Virus record (IMG/VR): IMGVR_UViG_2974587864_000001
Direction: 5' to 3' (one strand)
Origin: a virus
Lineage: Duplodnaviria; Heunggongvirae; Uroviricota; Caudoviricetes; Straboviridae
Length of the DNA: 48,464 nt
Below the pieces are notes generated by a model. The model had not been told where the DNA came from and did not search any database. It saw only the letters and a program-made list of their open reading frames with translations. Positions 43,185 through 48,464 of the stretch are shown here, in pieces. A program made the position numbers and the translations under genes. The stretch's first letter is position 1, and every line of letters starts with the position of its first letter.

Positions 43185-44360
43185 ATGCTTACAGTAATGA
43201 ATACAAACCCAGATCACAAACACTTAGAACAGCCTATGTTCTTTGGCGAAGATACTGGGGTTGCGCGATACGAAGAACAAAAGCATCGTGTGTTTGAAAA
43301 TCTTACAGAAAAACAGTTATCCTTCTTTTGGCGTCCAGAAGAAATTGACTTATCGATCGACCGTATGCAGTACGCGAAAATGCCGGAACACGAAAAAATC
43401 ATTTTCGATTCAAACCTGCAATATCAAACCCTGCTGGATACCATTCAGGGGCGCGGCCCTAACCTGGCTTTCCTCCCTATCGCTTCCGATGTCTCAATGG
43501 AAACGTGGATCGAAACATGGGCGTTCAGTGAAACAATCCATAGCCGCAGTTACACGCACATTCAGCGCAATTTACACATCGACCCGTCGAAAGAGTTCGA
43601 TAAAATTCTGCGCAACGAAGCGATCATGAAACGTTCTGCTTCCATGACAAAATACTACGATGATCTGATCGCAGAATGTCATGAACTGAAAAATATTGTG
43701 CTCAAGCTGGAACTGTTTACCTCTCACGGATACCCAGAAGAATCGATCGCAGAGTACGAAAAGAAACACAAAGAGCAAATGCGTAAATGCAAAATCGCTC
43801 TGTATCTGTGTATGCACGCTGTCAACGCTCTGGAAGCGATCCGCTTCTACGTGTCGTTTACCTTCACGTTCAACTTTGCCGAACAAGGCAAGATGGAAGG
43901 TAACGCGAAGATCATGCGTCTGATTGCCCGTGATGAAGCACTTCATCAGAAAGGCACTCAAAGCAAGATCCGACTCTGGCAGATGGGTAAAGATGACCCA
44001 GAAATGGCGGAAATCGCTTACCAGTACGAAGAAGAAGCGACAAAGATTTTCCTGGAAGTGTACGAACAGGAAAAAGAATGGGCTGAACACCTGTTCTCTA
44101 TCGGTGATGTAGACGGCGTATCCCTGAAAAGTACGATCGCCTATATTGAACACCTGACGGATCAGCGTATGCGCGCGGTTGGCTTGCAGTCTCCATTTAA
44201 ACCAACGCCGAACCCGTATCCGTGGATGAACAAATGGTTGAAGTCTGACAACGTACAGGTAGCCCCGCAAGAGGTTGAAGTAAGTTCTTACCTGGTTGGC
44301 AACCTCAACACTGAGATCAGCGACGAAGCCTATGCAAAATGGCGACAAAAATACGCGTAA
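43185..44360 (+). CDS. nrdB: Ribonucleotide reductase beta subunit (no intron)
   Basis: FFWRPEE, DTIQGR, ETIHSRSY, EAIRFYVSF, RDE.LH, VAPQE.E..SY; start moved to 43185. Confidence 0.97.
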   Translation: MLTVMNTNPDHKHLEQPMFFGEDTGVARYEEQKHRVFENLTEKQLSFFWRPEEIDLSIDRMQYAKMPEHEKIIFDSNLQYQTLLDTIQGRGPNLAFLPIASDVSMETWIETWAFSETIHSRSYTHIQRNLHIDPSKEFDKILRNEAIMKRSASMTKYYDDLIAECHELKNIVLKLELFTSHGYPEESIAEYEKKHKEQMRKCKIALYLCMHAVNALEAIRFYVSFTFTFNFAEQGKMEGNAKIMRLIARDEALHQKGTQSKIRLWQMGKDDPEMAEIAYQYEEEATKIFLEVYEQEKEWAEHLFSIGDVDGVSLKSTIAYIEHLTDQRMRAVGLQSPFKPTPNPYPWMNKWLKSDNVQVAPQEVEVSSYLVGNLNTEISDEAYAKWRQKYA

Positions 44361-44369
44361 GGATATAAA

Positions 44370-44909
44370 ATGAAAAGTCATGGAACAGGAAAAAGGACAT
44401 TAGAGGAAGAAATTGAAGGAATTCGTTTGTTCCTTGACAACGCAAAAGTAGATGCAGAAAAGGGAAAGGTGTACTGGGTTACACCTAACCCAAATGCGAG
44501 AAAAATCAAACCCGGTGATGAAGCCGGGACATTGATGAAAAATGGTTACACTCAAATCATACATGAAGGTAAAACATACAGAAGACATAGGATAATTTTC
44601 TATGCGGTTCATGGTTATCTTCCATTGCTTGTAGATCATAAAAACGGGGTTGAGTGTGGTGATGGTATTGACAATCTTCAAGAAATAACTCACATTACCA
44701 ATCAACAGAAAAGGAAAAAACAGAAAAATAATACTACCGGATACCGAGGCGTGACGTATCACAAAAAATCCAACAAGTATCAAGCAGCATTATGGATTGA
44801 CGGGAAGTATACATATCTGGGTTCTTTTGATACTCCAGAAGAAGCAAGCGAATGCTATAAAATGAAAGCACAGGTTGTTCATGGTGAATACTACAACGAA
44901 AGTTTATAA
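44370..44909 (+). CDS. HNH-AP2 homing endonuclease
   Basis: RHRII, VDHKNG....G..NLQE, N.TGYRGV...K...KY.A...YLG.F.T.EEA. Confidence 0.88.
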   Translation: MKSHGTGKRTLEEEIEGIRLFLDNAKVDAEKGKVYWVTPNPNARKIKPGDEAGTLMKNGYTQIIHEGKTYRRHRIIFYAVHGYLPLLVDHKNGVECGDGIDNLQEITHITNQQKRKKQKNNTTGYRGVTYHKKSNKYQAALWIDGKYTYLGSFDTPEEASECYKMKAQVVHGEYYNESL

Positions 44910-44910
44910 A

Positions 44911-45297
44911 ATGTCTCTTGACAAATGCGGTCGCATAGACCGCAGTTTCGTTAAGTGTGGTGAGTTGAGAAATTGCGTTTATTGTATTGAAATCGACAAT
45001 GTTATAGTGTATGTTGGTAAAGCAAAAGACATGTGGAAGCGGTTAGACACATACCGCAATTCGAAATACTGGCGGGAAGCAAACCCCAGTAACATTTTGA
45101 AAACCGCACGTCTGGAAATGGCAATCAAAAAACGTAAGCGTGTAAATCTTATCGTGACAACACACGATGAAGACACATATCATGATTTTGAAATCAACAT
45201 GATCCGAAAAATCAATCCTGAATGGAACAAACAGCACTATGACAAAGATAACCAAAAATCAGAAAACCTTATTCAACCAGTTGATGAAACTGTGTAA
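44911..45297 (+). CDS. denA: Endonuclease II (GIY-YIG)
   Basis: VY.I.I....VYVGK....KR...Y, E...I...NP.WN; position between nrdB and rnlA. Confidence 0.88.
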   Translation: MSLDKCGRIDRSFVKCGELRNCVYCIEIDNVIVYVGKAKDMWKRLDTYRNSKYWREANPSNILKTARLEMAIKKRKRVNLIVTTHDEDTYHDFEINMIRKINPEWNKQHYDKDNQKSENLIQPVDETV

Positions 45298-46396
45298 CGA
45301 AAGCGAATGCTTCTACTTCATTGATCAAAAAACTGTGATGCAAACCAATGTTCGCATCTTTAACTATCGCATGGCGAGCTATTCCGACTGGTTAAAACCT
45401 GGTGCGCTGGAATGTCGCGGCATCATGTTTGTAATGGATGGGGATACCCCCGTAAAACTCGCCAGTCGCCCTATGGAGAAGTTTTTCAACTATGCCGAGG
45501 TAAAGGCATGGGAAGCGCTGAAAGCCTCTCCTGTGACGATTGGTGAAACCGTAGTGGATGTGATGATTAAGGAAGATGGTTCCCTGATCTCCACCTTCTG
45601 TGATTCCGGCTATCTGGGCGTTAAGTCTAAAGCATCCGTTCAATCTGAACAGGCTATGGACGCTATGAGCGTGATTCAGAGAAACCGCGCATTGTTCGAT
45701 CGTCTGACCGAACTGGTCAATGATGGTTTCACCGTCAATATGGAATACGTTGCACCAACAAACCGTATCGTAATTGGCTATCAGGAACCCGCAGTGGTGA
45801 TCCTGAACATCCGTAATAACGACACGGGCGAATATGTTGATTATCAGGATATTTTCGCAGATGGTGTATTACGTCCGTTCCTGGTTGAGCGCGAGAAAAT
45901 CGAAGTCACCGATTTGGATGCATTTATTGCCGATGCATACACGAAAGAAGGTTTCGAGGGTTACGTAATTAAAACTGATAAAGGTTTCGTGAAAGCGAAA
46001 ACTAACTGGTACGTGAACCTTCACCGCACTAAGGATAGCATCAACAATAATAAGGATCTGTTCTTAAATATTGTTGAAAATACCGTCGATGACCTGAAAC
46101 AAATGTTCCTCGATGATATGTACGCACTCAAGAAAATTGACGCATTCGAAACGTTATTCCTTGATAGTCTCAATCGTCTGACTGCAAAAGCATTCCAGGC
46201 AATCGAAGACACGAAAGGCAAATCACGCAAAGACTACGCGATCGCCCTGAGCGCTGACTTAACCCCTGACGGTCGTATTATCTTCGGGCCTATGATGCGT
46301 TATTTCGATGATACCGATAAGCAAAAGCTGGTCGATAACATCGTTGCGTTAATGGCGAAGAACTACGAACAGTTTATACCGGAAGAATATAAATGA
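45239..46396 (+). CDS. rnlA: RNA ligase 1 / tail fiber attachment catalyst
   Basis: RIFNYR, ALECRG..F, SRPMEKFFN, KEDGSL, EG.V, K.K..WY. Confidence 0.95.
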   Translation: MTKITKNQKTLFNQLMKLCNESECFYFIDQKTVMQTNVRIFNYRMASYSDWLKPGALECRGIMFVMDGDTPVKLASRPMEKFFNYAEVKAWEALKASPVTIGETVVDVMIKEDGSLISTFCDSGYLGVKSKASVQSEQAMDAMSVIQRNRALFDRLTELVNDGFTVNMEYVAPTNRIVIGYQEPAVVILNIRNNDTGEYVDYQDIFADGVLRPFLVEREKIEVTDLDAFIADAYTKEGFEGYVIKTDKGFVKAKTNWYVNLHRTKDSINNNKDLFLNIVENTVDDLKQMFLDDMYALKKIDAFETLFLDSLNRLTAKAFQAIEDTKGKSRKDYAIALSADLTPDGRIIFGPMMRYFDDTDKQKLVDNIVALMAKNYEQFIPEEYK

Positions 46397-46929
46397 CAAA
46401 GTGCTTTGGCGCTGGAAGCACAACGTTAGAAGAAGAGAAAGCAGGGATCGATTCCCTGCTTCTTTACGTTGACGTTTTCCCAGAAACCGGAAAAATTTTT
46501 TGGAATAACAATGCAGCAAAACAGAATCAGGGAAAAGAAGCTGGTTCTATTATGAGCAAATCAAAACCTTACGTGAGAATTCGGCACGGCGATAGAAAAT
46601 ATTTCAGACATCGCATAATTTTCTATTACTGTAATGGTTATCTGCCTTTGCTTATTGATCATAAGCATGGGTTGGAAGCTGGGGATGGTATAGAAAATCT
46701 ACAGGAATCAGATCCGCTTCATAATATGCTGAAAAGAAAAGCTAAATCAACACCTAAAACGGTTAAATCCAAAGGTGTTGATTACAGGGCTTCGCGTGGA
46801 AAATATCGAGCACAGATAAAGATAGACGGGAAGCAAAAACACATCGGTTACTATGATACCGAGGAACAAGCATCTATAGCTTACGAGGAAGCGTTATATG
46901 AATATCAAAAACGTATTGGGTACGTTTAA
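46393..46929 (+). CDS. HNH-AP2 homing endonuclease
   Basis: RHRII, IDHK.G....G..NLQE, KGV......KYRAQI...IGYY.T.E.A..AY. Confidence 0.88.
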   Translation: MTKCFGAGSTTLEEEKAGIDSLLLYVDVFPETGKIFWNNNAAKQNQGKEAGSIMSKSKPYVRIRHGDRKYFRHRIIFYYCNGYLPLLIDHKHGLEAGDGIENLQESDPLHNMLKRKAKSTPKTVKSKGVDYRASRGKYRAQIKIDGKQKHIGYYDTEEQASIAYEEALYEYQKRIGYV

Positions 46930-47233
46930 TATAAGTTCGTGGATATGGCCTGTAATAGTTGCTGGTTCGTTAGCAGGGCTTTTGTACATGACAATCACGC
47001 TGAAAAGTGAAAATGACCAATTGGCTAAAGATATCAAAGAGTTACAGGCTGATATCAAAAAAGTCAAAGAGACAAACAACACCAATACGGTGATCTATGT
47101 CGAACAAAAAGGTAAGGATCAGCAGTTGGTCAAGGATGCCGGACGTAAAGACCTGCTGTTCAAGAAACCAGGACTGATCGAAATCAAGATCAATAAATCC
47201 TTCGAAGAGTATATGGCGGAGTACGACAAATGA
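46898..47233 (+). CDS. pseT.3: Inner-membrane spanin (Rz-like)
   Basis: N-terminal TM, coiled coil, KKPGLIE.KINKSF. Confidence 0.88.
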   Translation: MNIKNVLGTFNISSWIWPVIVAGSLAGLLYMTITLKSENDQLAKDIKELQADIKKVKETNNTNTVIYVEQKGKDQQLVKDAGRKDLLFKKPGLIEIKINKSFEEYMAEYDK

Positions 47234-47550
47234 AAATTGCAACGTTAGCCCTTGTTCTGGGCGTTCTGTTGGTCGGGTGTGCTGAGAAGCCCCCAGAAAA
47301 GATTTTGCCTACGCTCCCCGCTAAGGTGAATCCGGTGAATGTGAAATGGAAAGTTGTTGCAGAAGTCCGAGAGATTGACGGTAAAAAATACCTTGTCATG
47401 CCTTATGACGGAAACCCATACGTTGCCCTTTCATATCCCGATTCGTTAATCTTCCGTAGCTGGATGAATGACGTTAAGCGTCAGAAAGACCAGACGGATA
47501 ACATTCTGTGTACCGTGGGATACCCTGAGAAATGCAAAAAATCAAAATAA
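47230..47550 (+). CDS. pseT.2: Outer-membrane spanin lipoprotein (Rz1-like)
   Basis: Signal peptide with lipobox LLVGC; Pro-rich; overlaps the i-spanin stop. Confidence 0.9.
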   Translation: MKIATLALVLGVLLVGCAEKPPEKILPTLPAKVNPVNVKWKVVAEVREIDGKKYLVMPYDGNPYVALSYPDSLIFRSWMNDVKRQKDQTDNILCTVGYPEKCKKSK

Positions 47551-47711
47551 GAATAACCGAAGTTGATTTCTTTAGTGACTTAACCGTTGGAAAGGTGTAT
47601 GATGCTACAAGGATCAAAGATCAACTTTGGATCTGTAGTGATTGGTCTATTTTCTTAGATTTACACACTTATGCCAATCGAGCACTAATTGAATATGAGA
47701 TTGTGAAATGA
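47532..47711 (+). CDS. Hypothetical protein, 59 aa (not in ORF track)
   Basis: MQKIKIRITEVDFFSDLTVGKVYDATRIKDQLWICSDWSIFLDLHTYANRALIEYEIVK; ATGA overlap with pseT. Confidence 0.65.
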   Translation: MQKIKIRITEVDFFSDLTVGKVYDATRIKDQLWICSDWSIFLDLHTYANRALIEYEIVK

Positions 47712-48464
47712 ATCTGTTTATTACTGTAGGCGTACCAGGTAGCGGAAAAACTACATGGGCGAAAGAAAAAGCGCGTCAACTGGGGAACACTCTGACTGTT
47801 TCCCGTGACGATATCCGCAAAACCCTTTACTGTGCTGGCGGTGATCTCACTGGCTATCGCTTCACCGAAGAGAAAGAACTGTTTGTTTGCCGTGTGCAAG
47901 AAGATACAGTTCGTAATGCCCTGGCGAGTGGGAAGAACGTTATCGTTCACAATACCCATTTACACCAAAAAGATCATGATGTGTGGCGAGAGATCGCGAA
48001 AGAGTTCAATGCTGATTTCCATATCGAATGGATGGATGCCGATATCGTCGAACTCCTGAAACGCAACCACAGACGCGGGGTGAATGCGATCCCTGTTTCC
48101 CATATCTGGCAACGATACACCGCTTATCGTAAATTGCGCGGTTGGGTTCCGGCTATGGAATATGCAGACCCGACGAAACCAAAATGCGTTATCTTCGACG
48201 TTGACGGGACACTAACCAAAGTCGGACAACGTAGCCCGTATGACTTCACGAAGGTGATCAACGATCCGGCTAACCCTCCTGTTCAGGAACTGTTCAGGAT
48301 GTATAAGGCCGCTGGTTATGCCTGTGTTGTTGTGTCTGGGCGTGAGGGTACTGCACAATGCGCACATGATACCGCAGCAAGCCTGATCGGATATGATGTT
48401 GATCTGAGCGATGGTATCTACATGCGCGAAGAAGGTGATCATCGTCACGATATTCACGTAAAAG
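47708..48464 (+). CDS. pseT: Polynucleotide 5'-kinase/3'-phosphatase (truncated by window end)
   Basis: MNLFITVGVPGSGKTTWA P-loop, SRDDIR, HAD motif IFDVDGTL; open to the window end. Confidence 0.93.
   Translation, partial: MNLFITVGVPGSGKTTWAKEKARQLGNTLTVSRDDIRKTLYCAGGDLTGYRFTEEKELFVCRVQEDTVRNALASGKNVIVHNTHLHQKDHDVWREIAKEFNADFHIEWMDADIVELLKRNHRRGVNAIPVSHIWQRYTAYRKLRGWVPAMEYADPTKPKCVIFDVDGTLTKVGQRSPYDFTKVINDPANPPVQELFRMYKAAGYACVVVSGREGTAQCAHDTAASLIGYDVDLSDGIYMREEGDHRHDIHVK

Noticed and set aside
39524-44360. Group I introns or inteins in td, nrdA, nrdB (also checked in 43 and 41)
   Set aside because: All ORFs are continuous and of normal length with contiguous motifs.
43572-44381. 269-aa ORF antisense to nrdB
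   Set aside because: Shadow frame; no independent support.
1-48464. tRNA, rRNA or IS elements
   Set aside because: No cloverleaf, rRNA-like tract or transposase seen; intergenic gaps are short and explained by promoters and terminators.

Overview
This window is the early/replication region of a T4-like (Straboviridae) myovirus. Its moderate GC, sigma70-type early promoters, fused gene 39+60, J-domain gene and gene order point to the pseudo-T-even RB16/RB43 (Pseudotevenvirus/Slopekvirus-like) group; this is inferred from recalled T4-family knowledge, not from a database search. Minus strand 1-31.3 kb: rIIB, rIIA, SprT-like protease, topoisomerase 52 and 39+60, an accessory region of promoter/stem-loop cassettes with small ORFs, LysM protein, dexA, dda, 56, 61, an amino-MTase, 41, 40, uvsX, 43, regA, 62, 44, 45, rpbA, 32, 59, 33, dsbA, rnh. 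Plus strand 31.6-48.5 kb: 55, a-gt.5/.4, 47, 46, an antisense HNH, a long J-domain protein, frd, td, nrdA, nrdB, denA, rnlA, spanins and a truncated pseT, with three HNH-AP2 endonucleases interspersed. I found no tRNA, CRISPR array or intron. Strongest leads: (1) an SLDFL sliding-clamp-type motif on an N-terminal extension of topoisomerase gp39; (2) a symmetric origin-like element with d(GCGAAGC) mini-hairpins between rnh and 55; (3) a 566-aa J-domain protein with a duplicated C-terminal domain at a rearrangement junction; (4) 27-bp identical promoter-leader repeats that could excise an 866-bp four-gene circle; (5) an SD-led 8-codon ORF in frame and abutting uvsX; (6) a SprT protease next to the topoisomerase genes; (7) an orphan amino-MTase plus an intact-looking DenA where the cytosine-modification genes are missing from their T4 slots.
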